Below, piece after piece: positions 23,081-35,900 of a stretch of 64,000 nt of DNA (position 1 is its first letter; each line of letters starts with the position of its first letter). This DNA comes from Mytilus californianus. Its lineage: Eukaryota. The stretch is taken from NCBI RefSeq assembly GCF_021869535.1, contig NW_026262690.1, forward strand, positions 103,788,001 to 103,852,000. Reading direction: 5' to 3'. The notes beneath the pieces were generated by a model. The model was not told the origin of the DNA. It saw only the letters and a program-made list of their open reading frames with translations, and did no database searches. The translations under genes and the position numbers were made by a program.

Positions 23081-23493
23081 AGATGTTTGCTAATCTGAAA
23101 GAAGTAGATGTCATTTGTGCGAAGCGTTTAGTGCCCTAGTAATTTGCGTTAACCTGTTTAGCTCGTGGCTATTTTTCACATCTAAAGAACAAACGAACAA
23201 CTATTGTATCAGTTCCATTGATTTTATATTGGAAAGTCGATTTTTTGTCTCTCGTGTGTGAAAACAATGTTGGCGCCAAAATCTCGGAAAACTGTTTCAA
23301 TGTTTTCAAGAACCAGTAATAATGCATTACTAGTATATAGCATATAAATATGATTCGTTAAGCTTGCAAATTGAGTATTGTGTTGTCTTGACCATGTGTG
23401 AAAACGTCAAGAGCAAATTATTCCGAGAGGAAGAAAATGACGCTATCCTGATTCGCGACGTTTAAGTTGTATTTTGCCAGAATGTATTGCTAT

Positions 23494-23566
23494 GACCGCG
23501 TGGCCTAATGGATAAGGCGTCTGACTTCGAATCAGAAGATTGCGAGTTCGAGTCTCGTCGTGGTCG
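23494..23566 (+). tRNA. tRNA-Arg(TCG)
   Basis: Identical array copy. Confidence 0.96.
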
Positions 23567-24008
23567 GAGACTTTTTGCAAGCAGCATTACGGAGGAATTT
23601 CGACAGCCGACCACTAAAAGCGATTCGTATTCACACGACAATGTCAAAGTCAGCACACGTTTTCGATGAACAAATATGAGATATCTTAACGAATACTTTT
23701 TTATTTCTGGAATGAAAAGAAAATTGCAATCAATATCTATTGAAACAAAGTTTTTATAGACCTGATTGTCAACTGGCATAACACAAAGTATCTATTCTTT
23801 AATATGATCAACCACACTCGTTTCAATGTGGACAAAATGGGTTCAATTAAATGGGCGTACACAACATTTGAATGGCATCCGCATGCAGAGTCCGATTTCG
23901 TGTTCTGATTTTGAAATGCTCACCACAGGCAGTTTTTGCACGAACTTCACGGGTGCAGCTGTGATCAATGCATTTCCAAATTGCCAAACCGATACAATAA
24001 AAATTAAC

Positions 24009-24060
24009 CGCCCAACGTGGGGCTCGAACCCACGACCCTGAGATTAAGAGTCTCATGCTC
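24009..24060 (-). pseudogene. tRNA-Lys 3' fragment (52 nt), cut by E3
   Basis: ...CTCATGCTC followed by T8 and ATCTTTATT. Confidence 0.95.
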
Positions 24061-24512
24061 TTTTTTTTATCTTTATTAAAAAAAAATCATCAGATATAGG
24101 ACATGTTAAAACTGATAAAACTAATCAAATATAAACAACATTAATCAATATGCATACAGTATTAGAAACAATGAGGTTTGTCATCTATATATCATACATT
24201 TACAAATCAAATACTAAGACATCATCTTTCTTGTACAATTGGATTGTCTTTTAGAAAGTTCTTTTCAAAAACATTGCTCTTGTTATTTTGCTGACACAGG
24301 TATACATAAAAATATGTTACATAATATTTCAATCTTTATTGGAACAGTTTGATCAAATTTACATTTTTGTGTCCATTTTTCAGTAAATTTCTTCTTCGAA
24401 AGATACAGAACCTAGCTACTGACAATACAAAATTTAAGAAAAGGTCATTCACACCTTTCATTTTCCATTTGAGTCCATTTAATAATAACATTTCACTCTG
24501 TACGTTTTTGTA
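24061..24512 (-). mobile_element. E3: 5'-truncated (about 450 bp) Tx1 3' end
   Basis: Encodes GVNDLFLNFVLSVARFCIFRRRN, homologous to the E2 ORF2 C-terminus; clearly similar to the E5 3' end; A tail at the tRNA site. Confidence 0.85.
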
Positions 24513-24544
24513 CAAATTGCCAAAACGATACAATAAAAATAAAC

Positions 24545-24596
24545 CGCTCAACGTAGGGCTCGAACCCACGACACTGAGATTAAGAGTCTCATGGTC
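24545..24596 (-). pseudogene. Degenerate tRNA-Lys 3' fragment (52 nt), cut by E4
   Basis: CGCTCAACGTAGGGCTCGAACCCACGACACTGAGATTAAGAGTCTCATGGTC followed by TGTTTTTTTT. Confidence 0.85.
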
Positions 24597-25042
24597 TGTT
24601 TTTTTTCTCTTGACAAAATGTCATTCAAATAAAACAAATAAAAAGAATAATCAGGCTATACTCCTGAAAATTCACATTATCACAATAAAGGTATATAAGA
24701 TTGCAACTTCAAACATATGTTATAGATTTACAATAAATTACACTTAATGATAATCACATTCTCTTTGACACATTCCCCATTTCCATTCTCAATTTTACAC
24801 TCAATAATCTGGTAATTTAAACTCTCAGGTACAGATAGGCAAATAGGACAAAGTGATTCTTTTGTAATCTGGCATTTAAATAGCCGTTCTTTTGTATATT
24901 TAACCCATTTCTCTGACGTCAGTCTATTGTTCTGACTGTAGATTATTTTTCAAGAATCCACTGACCATAGTATTAACTTAAGAGAACTTATATTATAACT
25001 TTAACCTTTTAACTTACGATCTTTTATCCTCTCAAAAACGAG

Positions 25043-25131
25043 TGGCATGTGTAGGATTCGAACCCGCGCGTATTTTCTTCGTAATCAATACAGTCTTCAG
25101 TCTATGCATGATACCACTAGACCACGATGGC
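25043..25131 (-). pseudogene. Degenerate tRNA-like sequence (SINE head or tRNA pseudogene)
   Basis: A-box TGGTCTAGTGG and B-box GGTTCGAATCC on - strand; stems poor. Confidence 0.4.
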
Positions 25132-25440
25132 TGACATCAATCATAATATAAATAGTACTCTTAAAGCGCTTACTTGTCAAAACATGTCATTTAACTGTAT
25201 TTCTGTCTCATTGTAATCTAATGAAATATATATATCTTGGTTTGTTCATGTTTATTGAATTTGTTTTATTTTGGGTGTTATTTTTTTTTAAGAAATGGGT
25301 TAAAACTACTTCTTTGACAATAAAAACAGAAACAAAATCATCGCCATTATATGAAAATGAAATATATGATACTTCTACATGTTCTAGGATTAAAACAATA
25401 TTTTGGTCCAGAAAAAAAAATTACAATGAAAAAAATTCAT

Positions 25441-25518
25441 TCCGGGTACAAGGTTCGAACTTTGCACTGTTAATATCACCGTTATGACATTCGTTATAAA
25501 CGACTAGACGATCACGGC
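25441..25518 (-). pseudogene. Degenerate tRNA-His-like sequence
   Basis: 5' GCCGTGATCGTCTAGT resembles tRNA-His; B-box-like AGTTCGAACC; remainder decayed. Confidence 0.35.
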
Positions 25519-26290
25519 TATGAACAGCTTGATGGTAAGTTTATGAAATCAACATAATTATTCATTGTACATCCGTAGCAAGAGCAATTCTGATGTGGAT
25601 TCAGAATGCGTACCACAGATAAAACTATTTTACTGACCGGTGAACGATATATGCCAAATGTAATAACGCTAAAATAATCTTAACTTAAATGAAACGGAAA
25701 CAGTTTAAACAAAATTTAAATATAATTGTTCAATTTAAATCGTAAGCACATAATTTTAATACTTTAAACAGCAATATGAATTATGAAATGGCAGATTTAT
25801 GGCATATACGCTAATAATATTTAATTGACTAAGAACGACATAATGGTGTTACGATTTCATTATACCAAATCACGTTGCTAAATATTATATATATAAATTT
25901 TGAGGATTCTAAATTTTGGTAATTAAAATTTTTTAACTTTTCAAAACAAGATAAATAAATTCTGTATATCAATATATGTCTTTTTGAATAAATTAAATAT
26001 ACCAAAATCTATTTAATTTAAATAATTTGTAATGATTAAAGATTAAATGAAATATGTATATACAAAAATAAAATCTGGTATTAAAAAGGGGAGCTAACAC
26101 CCCATTTAAGTTATATTAAACTTATGTTAACTTGTCAAATGTCTAAATATAGATGCGAACCGTGTGGATATATTCATTTCCAGCTATTATAGAATAAAAA
26201 AGACAAAATACCAAACTTTTTTTATGAAATATTGTTGATTCATTGTCAAAACGTAAAACAGACAGTCGTTTTACTAGAAATGGGTTAAGC

Positions 26291-26396
26291 TAGAGAATTG
26301 ATAAGAAGTAGTGGATTCGGAAACGATAATCAACTTGCGACTAAAGTCGCTCGTTGATTATCGTTTACGAATCCACTACTTCTTATCAATTCTCTA
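26291..26396. repeat. Near-perfect foldback (44-bp arms, inner GCGAC-TAAA-GTCGC hairpin)
   Basis: TAGAGAATTGATAAGAAGTAGTGGATTCG...CGAATCCACTACTTCTTATCAATTCTCTA. Confidence 0.85.
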
Positions 26397-26661
26397 CTAC
26401 ATAACTCAATGAAAAAATTTAAATGCTTAAGAACATACTCACCCCTTCTCGTCCAATGGAAAATCAGTTTTCCCCTTCTAATTGTTATAGTACATGGCTT
26501 TCTATGCACTACAAAATGCTATACATGAATGGCTTTTCATTGTAGATTAATTATGAAAGTGAACTCTTAATAACTACACTAATGAAGCGTACAATCCCTT
26601 GAGGCAATTTCCATAGGAAAACAGATTACTGATTAAAGATGAAAGAGAATAGAATGATAAA

Positions 26662-27260
26662 ATAAATGGGGAATGTGTCCATGGGACACAGATGATTCCC
26701 CCGCTTGCATATAACGTTATAAAGGGACATAACTCAAGAACAGTAAAAGTGACGCTACCCATATTTGTACATGATCTTAGTTTTGTGGTAATAATCATTG
26801 TGCATAAAGTTCATAACATTTGGTTGAGGCAAACTAAAATTAGAGAAAGGAAACGAAAAATTCGATTAATTTTTCCATTTGTAAAGGGGCATAACTCTAG
26901 AATGGTAAAAGTGACGCCACCAAAATTCAAAACTTGATCTGTGTTTTTTAGTAAGAAGCATTAGGTATAAGATTCATTACAGTCGGTTGAGGCATACTTA
27001 AGTTAGAGAACGGAAACGAAAAATTTAGCAATTTTTCCATTTGTAAAGGGGCATAACTCTAGAATGGTAAAAGTGAGGCCCAAAAGTTTAAACTTGATCA
27101 CTTTTTTTTTTTTTTTTTTTTTTTGGTAATAAGCATTGTGTATAAGTTTCATAACATTTGGTTGAGGCAAACTAAAGTTAAAGAACGAATATATGGACAG
27201 ATGTACAGACGGAGAAGGGTAAAACTTAATGACCCCTCCGCTACAGCTTTGGCATAAAAA
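26662..27260 (+). mobile_element. HINE/Helentron-like bivalve repeat
   Basis: GAATGTGTCCATGGGACACAG head, internal AAAGGGGCATAACTCTAGAATGGTAAAAG tandem core, GACAGACGG tract and GGCATAAAAA end. Confidence 0.65.
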
Positions 27261-27863
27261 CATTTTGAATATTGCAAACGTTTATAATGGAACATGTATG
27301 GAACCAAACAAAATATTGAAATTGGGGCAAAGGTGTAGGTAAAATAATTTTTAATCTAATTTTCATTCCAGACCTTAGAGTCATTTTTTTCAAAGAAAAC
27401 AATGACTTCTGATATATAAAGCAAAGGAACTTTTTTGAAGAAAAAAAACAATACATGTACATTCATCAATTAAAAGTAACCATCTGATGTTGAATGATCA
27501 TAATTTTAATATTTATTGATTAGGTTTTATGATTACCAAAAAATATACAAATTTCAAAAAGCTGATACATTGTGTGCTTTTTATAAACAAGAAATTTAAG
27601 ATATATAAGTATCAAATTTTACCTGAAGCAGAAAAAATACTAGATTTTTTAACAATTTATCTTTTTTGTCCATACAAACCTATCTCAGTCCTATTTCATT
27701 CCACCCATTGAAATGACCATTACATAATATATATATTCTTTTTGTCAACCATGTTAACACTTAATTATAAAAAGTGAATTCTTATTAAGGTTTGAATATT
27801 ACAATGGGAAAGGATAATTTTGTGAAGTCACTTAAAGTGTGAATATGTTCTAAATTGGTCAAA

Positions 27864-27948
27864 CAATACTTGGTTATGTTTTATGAACATTCAAAACCCT
27901 CGACTATGCATTGGGCTTTAAATATTCATAAAACATGACCAAGTATTG
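27864..27948. repeat. Imperfect foldback (about 36-bp arms)
   Basis: CAATACTTGGTTATGTTTTATGAA...TTCATAAAACATGACCAAGTATTG. Confidence 0.7.
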
Positions 27949-27949
27949 T

Positions 27950-30900
27950 CTAACCTTTACATCTCGCGACAAGCGCTTTGTAAAAAAGGAAAATTCATGA
28001 TTTTCTGGACCTTCGTCAGGTCAAAATCTGTGTACATTAAACGCCATCGTGATACAGATTTAGGTTCTCTAGAAAGCTTTGATACAAGCATTTGATAAAA
28101 GACACTCGTAGTTGATGGAAGTGATCAATTTTGGATGCCATCTTTAATCATAGGATTTAACACAGGAGTTTTGCTAATATGCACATTTGCTTCAACTAAC
28201 ACTTTAAACTCCTCAGGTATAGTTTGTAACACTTTTCTAACTGCATTTAGAATTTTATTTTCCGAAACTTCCTGAATTTAATCTAATATAATCTCTTAAA
28301 TATAACTTTCTTTCAAAAAACCTGGTTTACATTCATATGCGATATCTTCGATTTTACAAACATCTACTTCAATAAATGTTTTAAGATATTACATTTTATT
28401 ACAATTTGTAATATTTGGCTTTGAAAATAGCGGAATATCAAAAACATTTTCTGAATTAACTTCAATATCTACATTTTCACAAATTTTTTGCCATGACAAA
28501 ATCATACCCTGATAAAATTCTGGTAATACATCAATTTTTCTGTTTCGGAGATCACAGAATAAAAGTTCAATTCTAAGATTCTTATTTTCAAACTTAGAAA
28601 AGAAATAAAGACAAGTTTGTTTCCATATAGCACAAGGATTTTCATCAAACAATTTAATTAAATATTTTAATCTAAAAGCATACCTTTTCTGCATGATATT
28701 TGAAAATTTTCAACCCCCGTCAATTACTTTATTAATAATGACATCATATGTTACAAGAGGAGCTTTATTTTTCCATATAAATTCTAAACATATATTATTT
28801 ATAAGCATACACTACTTTTCAGGTATATTTACAACCATAAAGGTATACCATAGTTTACTCATAAGTAAGGAACTAATAACACACTCTCCAATGAAGAATT
28901 AAAAGCCTCATTTTCCAAAAATTCAGTATTTTTGTAATTGGTTGTACTTTGCTTTCCCAGTTAAAAATTTTAACAACGCGTTTTATTTTTCCCAACCCAT
29001 ATTCCTAATAACTGTAAAACTTCATCACATTCTTTTATTTTCCACATTTTTAAATCATTTGAAGAAATTTTCCTTTCCCTAATGCTAAAACCTCTGATTT
29101 TTCTTTATCTAATTTGCACCCGATGCTTTTTCGTACAATTCTAATACCTGAAATGTTTCACTAACTGAATTTTTGTCTACTAAGGTCAATGTTGTATCGC
29201 CAGCTTGTACAAAAAATTTTCCTCAACATTTGTGTTTGAAGATATAACATTTTATTACAATTTGTAATATTTGGCTTTGAAAATAGCGGAATATAAAAAT
29301 ATTTTCTGAATTAACTTCAATATCTACATTTTCACAAATTTTTTGCCATGACAAAATCATACTCTGATAAAATTCTGGTAATACATCAATTTTTCTGTTT
29401 CGGAGATCACAAAATAAAAGTTCAATTCTAAGATTCTTATTTTCAAACTTAGAAAAGAAATAAAGACAAGTTTGTTTCCATATAGCACAAGGATTTTCAT
29501 CAAACAATTTACTTAAATATTTTAATCTAAAAGCATACCTTTTCTGCATAACAACACCTCTTATCTCACAATTTTTCTTCATAGCGATACTCAATGGCAC
29601 AGCTAACAAAATTTATTACAGAGATGAAATAGGACATCCTTGTTTGACTGAATTTTTTAATCTAAATTTTGGAGTCAAAAAACCATTACATTTTACTGAA
29701 CAAAACATGTTTGTGTAAAATATTTTTATCCAGTTTTTGAATTTATTACCAAATCCAAATTTGTCTAAAACTGCAAAAGGATGCTCGTGTCCGGCTCTGT
29801 CAAATGCTTTTTCTTGATCTGATTTTAATAAGTAACAGTCTATTATTGTTATAATTGTTACTTAGATGAAGAGTTGTCTCATTGGCACTCATACCACATC
29901 TTCCTATATCTATGTCATCCATTTCTACTAAATCCATAATATCTCTAACACTATCAGATATATCTTTTCCTAAAATACGACAGCTTTGATTTGGTGAAAT
30001 AATTTTCGGAAGTACATATATAAATCTATCGGTCATAACTCTGGCAAGTATTTTGTAATCAACATTCAACAAGCTCATTGGCCTAAATAATTTTAAATCT
30101 GATTGATCACCTTTGTTTTTGAAAATCATATTTATATTCCCATATCTCATAGATCTAGATAAATCTTAATTTTCCTCAATACTTCGATAAATATAGAGTG
30201 ATACATGTTTTAATTCATTAAATAAAAACAAATAAAATTCTGCAGTTATACCATCTGGTCCAGGTGTTTTCCCTTTTTTTCATACCTTTTAACGATTTTT
30301 CAATTTCCTCACTATTAGTTACATCATTACACATTTCTACATCTTCAACATCAATTTTTACATCAACATTATTTAAAAGTTCATCAACTGAATGCATATC
30401 AACACTAACACAAGAAAACAAATGTTCATAATAATCATGTATAACATCAAGTAATTTAATTGTTTCTGTAACAATTTTTCCATCACAATCTTTTGTTTCA
30501 CGTATTCTTGTTCTATCTATACTTTTTTAGATTAAAAAGATATGCAGTATTTCTATCACTTTCTATAGCCCAGTGTGACTTAGATCTCAAACTTGCACCT
30601 TTACATTTGTCTTTTTCAATATTTTCTAATTGTGTTTTCAATTCTAAAAAATGTTTAATATTTATCTGAAAACCATTTGCAGATTTTACTGATAATTCTT
30701 GAATTTTGTTCTGCAATTTATAATATTCCCTGTTTAAATCTTTTTGCTTTTCTTTGCCATAAATTTGGTTTAATCTTTCAATCGTAAATTTTAAATTATC
30801 CCACCAAAATAAAGGATTTGACATATAAAAGTTTGACCCAATTTCCTCTGCAAATAGTCTCCTTATTTTGTCAGTAAATAATTCATCTTGTAAAAATGAA

Positions 30901-31673
30901 CTACATGTATTAAAAATCCACACACCTGGACCTCTTTCTACATTACAAAAATCTATTTCCATGCAGACAATATTATGATCACTAAAACAAGTATCTTTAA
31001 AATGAATATTCTTAAAATATGGTTTTAAATCAATGGAAACAAGAAAATAATCCATTCTAGTTTGGATTAAAAACCCTTGTACAATTTGTTTTCTAGAAAA
31101 TATTTTTGTATTAATATATCTATTTTTTCATATATCATATAAACCTTTCTCTTGTATGAAATTACATAAGGATTTAACAGCCTTATCAGTACAATGCGAG
31201 GTTTTCCCACTTTTGTCTGAACTGGATAAAATAGTATTAAAATCTCCAGCAACTAACACATATTTTCCTTTACTTATTTTATTTTTACACTTCAAAAAAT
31301 ATCACATCTTTCATTTACATTATTTGGTGCATATATATAATAAATATCAATTATTTTATCATTAATTGTCCCTTTTAAATAATTAATCTTCCATTATCAT
31401 TTTCTACTTCTGTAAAAATATTTTTCAATTTCTTACTAACAAGAATAGTATCACCTTGTCTGTTATTACCACTATTACTATAAAAAATACCCCCATTCCA
31501 AATAATTTTTTTTATCTCTTTTGATTCTTTCTACTAACAAATCATTCCAAAATGTTTCTTGTAAACAAATAATATCATAATATCTATCATTACACAATGG
31601 AAAAAATACAATTCCTTTTATTACTATCACAAAGTCCATTGCAATTAAGACTTATTACATTAAAAATAGCCAT
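27950..31673 (-). pseudogene. E4 ORF2 relic (APE-RT), heavily frameshifted
   Basis: Start MAIFNVISLNCNGL at 31673; CFSDH, ERGPGVWIFN, LRSKSHWAIESD, FRPMSLLNVDYKIL, KRYAFRLKY fragments. Confidence 0.85.
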
Positions 31674-31736
31674 TACTACAAAACAAATATTAAGTATTAT
31701 ATGATATTAACAATTCATTTTTATGTGTTTCTATTT

Positions 31737-32810
31737 TTATTTCTGATGTGCTAGCATATGTGCCTTTACATTTGGCTTAATTTTAAACAACTTTTCTTTC
31801 TTGTATTTTTCATCTTCACCAGCTCCCTGAATTTTTTCAGTCAATGGGTCGGTGTCCATAGTAATTTCATCTTGTTTGCGCACAAGTACCATCATCTTCT
31901 CCCTGCATGTTTGTTCCAGAAAGGAGATGATACTTATTTTTTCATCATTAACAGTAGTTTCACATGGAACATTTTCATTTGTTAATTCATTTTTACTTGA
32001 CAATAAATTACATTTACTAATATTGCTGACAGTTAAAGCATGTCCATTCGAAATCTGTTCACTTTCTTTATCTGTCATCTCGCACGCGATCTTTGTCTCT
32101 TTGCCATTATCGGACGCGTTTTCAAAAGAGGGACGAAAGATACCAGAGGGACAGTCAAACTCATAGATCGAAAACAAACTGACAACGCCATGGCCAAAAA
32201 TAAAAAGACAAACAGACAAATAAAAGTACAGATGACACAACATAGAAAACCAAAGACTAAGCAACACGAACCCCACAAAAAACTGGGGGTGATCTCAGGT
32301 GCTCCGGAAGGGTAAGCAGATTCAACTGTTTCTATAACGTCATTCTCTATAATAGGTGTAATACCACCATTGTTTTTCCCCTATTAGTCTTTGTTATATT
32401 TGCACTTTTCAAAAAATTGTGCAGAATTTATCTTTGTTTCAAATAAAGAAATACTTTGCATGAGTAAAGTGTTTTCCTGTCCAGTACTACAGACAAAATT
32501 TCACATAACATTTCATTGCATATAAGAAAATAACCATCACTGGAAGTTAACCAATCAAATTTTCACGCCTTTTTTTTTCCTGTGTACAAGCTTTAGTAAC
32601 CATGTAACCTCAAGTTTCCAAAATATTCTACAGAAACACCAAATAAAAAAAGAATGGTGCTTTGAAACACCCAAGATATATGTTTATGACTCAGAATTTT
32701 TTTACTGCAATGAAATGTAGTATTAATTTCCTACAACTGTCAAATTCAAGGGAATTTTTTTTTCGACCCCTTTTCGTATGCAACCGGATGAGACGTACTA
32801 TGATTTGGTG
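31737..32810 (-). pseudogene. E4 ORF1 relic (5'-truncated) with an inserted repeat
   Basis: C-terminal KIKPNVKAHM resembles the PNL motif at the ends of E2 and E5 ORF1; acidic region upstream. Confidence 0.55.
32117..32330. repeat. Interspersed repeat fragment (second copy at 51316-51478)
   Basis: GATACCAGAGGGACAGTCAAACTC...GACAACGCCATGGC...GCAACACGAACCCCAC shared between the two loci. Confidence 0.8.
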
Positions 32811-32843
32811 GCATTACACCAAAACGACACATTAAAAATTAAC

Positions 32844-32895
32844 CGCCCAACGTGGGGCTCGAATCCACGACCCTGAGTTTAAGAGTCTCATGCTC
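32844..32895 (-). pseudogene. tRNA-Lys 3' fragment (52 nt), cut by E5
   Basis: Two substitutions; followed by CTTTTTTATCTTTATTAG. Confidence 0.92.
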
Positions 32896-32999
32896 CTTTT
32901 TTATCTTTATTAGAATAAATCATCAGATATAATACATGCTAAAACTAATAAAAATTATCAAATAGAAACAACATTAATCATAATGAATAATAGAAACAA

Positions 33000-35900
33000 T
33001 GAAGTATGTCATTCATTTACAAATCAAATACTAAGACATCATCTGTTTCTTGTCATTTGGATTATTTTTTAGAAAGTTCTGTACAAAATCATTGTTCTTG
33101 TTATTTTGCTGGCACAGATATACATAAAAATAGGTAACATAATGTTTCAGTGTATATTGGAACAGTTTAATCAAATTCACATTTTTTGTCCATTTTTCTG
33201 TAAATTTCGCCTTCGGAATAAACTGAACCTAGCTACTGACAATGAAAAAATTGAAAATAGGTCATTCACACCTTTCGTTTTCTATCTGAGCTAGTTTAAC
33301 AATAATATTTCACTCTGTACTAAACTTACTTTATCAGAGTCACAGTGTTCACATATTCTACATAATAAAGTAGACAAATAATCATGAAATTATATAAGTT
33401 CATCACAGTTTATGAATATATGTAAAATATCTTCATTTCCTTTATTAAATACATCAACAAATTAATTTAGACTCAGACAGCCCAGTTTTCTTTAATTTTA
33501 CATTAGCAAAGATACAGATATGCATTATTTTATAATCCAACTCTATCATTTTTGAAACTTCCAAAAAACATAGACATGTTTCCAAATTTTACACAATTCT
33601 GCTTCATCTAAATCATACAATTGTTTCCATATAATTGGCCCAATAGGCTCTTCGATTATATCTTCTAACACCCATTGATATAATTTTTTAACATTACAAG
33701 TTTTCAAATCACAAGGTACATTTTTTATCATTACAGATATATATATATTGTTCTATCAATATTTCTATGATGTACACTAGTAATATTCTTCCAGTCCTCT
33801 GGTATAATAGATAATAAACAATGATATCTATCAATTACATATTGAATATTTACATAAATACTTACATTTTCAATCATATCAACAATTGCATTTTTTGGTA
33901 AAAACCCAGTATTTACCTCATTACAAATATCTTTGATAGATACAATACTAGCTTGTATGAAATCATACCAAATAGTTGCTTTATCATTTAAAACAATTTT
34001 TGGATTACAGAATATAGGTTGATCATATTTATTTTCAACAGTTAACTGAAAATCTATCTTAAATCCTAAGGAGTACAAAGCCTGACACATTTCTTGATAA
34101 ACCATAGGATTACATTTAAATTCACAACTTGGTATTATTATATATAATATTTCTAAACCTAATTGCATACCATATATTTTAGACACAAAATATTTGAATG
34201 TATCTTTCCATAACACATGATATAGATCATCAATTAATCTACCTATATATTTCAATCTAAATGCATACATTTTACATTTAATATCAGAAAACTGTAATCC
34301 ACCTTTACTTTTTTCATCAACTATAGAACTGTATTTAACTAAATGGGATCTATTATCCCATATGAAATTAACACATAATCTTTTAATTTCTACATATACC
34401 CACTCTGGCATAGATGTTACAAATAATGCGTACCAAAATCGTGACAACATTAAGGAATTTACAACAGTGAATCTACCTTGTAAATTAAGTTGTCTTTGTA
34501 ACCACATGTTCAAAAGACTTCTAACTTTCTTTATCTTATTTTTGTTAATTAATTTTCGATCCAGTAGCTTTACTATATAAATCAAATTCTTTAAAAACTT
34601 CTGGTACAGGTTCTTTACTACATAAGGATAATGTTTCTGCGTGTTGATAAATTAATCCCTCTTTTTTACAGTAAGAGATTTTTATACCTTTGATTTTTTC
34701 ATTTTTAACAATTCAACAATGTAAAGGTTTAGCAGCAAGAACAAATATCAAGACACTTAGATAAGTATTTAGTATGACGATAAATTTTCACTTCTGTACT
34801 CGTACCTTGAACACCAAATTTATTTATTTTGTAGAAAATATTTCCGTACTCCTAACAACAAAGTTATATTCAAATTTACCTGTATACGTTATTTTATTTA
34901 ACGCCATTTTGTCCTATGTAAGAGTTGTATTTTGACATTGTTTTACATCTTTTTTTATTTATATTGTATTTATATTGTGTCATAGATCAAATTTATTCGT
35001 TCAGTGTATGTTTACTTGTTTTTGTTTATATAAAATTGAGAATGGAAATGGGGAATGTGTCAAAGAGACAACAACCCGACCATAGAGCAGACAACAGTAT
35101 GTCTTTTTGATCGAGTTAAGCCATTTCAATTGATATTTTATAGTGTGTCTTTTTTATGTAGTAATGTTACACTACTGTTTCAGGTTAGGATGAAGGTTGG
35201 CGCCTGTTAAAACGTTCAAACCCGCTGCATTTGTATGCACATGTCCTAAGTCAGGAGCCTGTTATTCAGTTGTTGTCGTTTGTTGGTGTGCTTCATAAGT
35301 GTTTCTCGTTTCTCGTTTTTCATATAGATTAGACAGTTGGTTTTTCTGTTTGAATTGTTTTACACTAGTCATTTTTGGGCCCTCTATAGCTTGCTGTTCG
35401 GTGTGAGCCAAGGCATGTTGAAGGCCGTATATTAACCTATAATTGTTTACTTTTTACACATTGTGACTTGGATGGAGAGTTGTCTTCTTATTTATACTTA
35501 ATGGACAACCTTGTCTAATACTATTTTCAAAATTCCATTGCATTTTACAGCACTATTATTACCATTATAAAATATTTCAATCAATTTTACAAATCTATCA
35601 CCAAATCCAAATTTTTTCATAACATTTGTATCAAGTATTTGTGACTCACTCTTTCAAATGACTTTTTCTGATCAATTTTCATTATATACCCTTCAAGTTC
35701 ATCTTTTTCAATAAGTTTTATAATATCTCTTACATTAGCAACATTATTCGAAATATCTCTACCAATAGTACATCATATTTGATCATTAGATACAATCTTA
35801 GTTAATATTACCTTAAATCTATTTGCCATTATCCTTGCTAATATTTTATAATCAACCTGTTATAATGAAATAGCTCTATAATTTTTCAATTACTTTTTAT

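Larger units (their letters stand above)
20479..24060. repeat. Tandem tRNA array, block C (about 3 units, more point variants, about 130-bp deletion at 23973)
   Basis: Period 1132-1133 (21197, 22330, 23462). Confidence 0.96.
24597..32818 (-). mobile_element. E4 region: decayed Tx1 element(s) with nested repeats (composite; boundaries approximate)
   Basis: ORF2 C-terminal fragment KERLFKCQITKESLCPICLSVPESL at about 24810-24930; ORF2 relics from about 27300 to 31673; ORF1 relics 31737 to about 32810. Confidence 0.65.
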
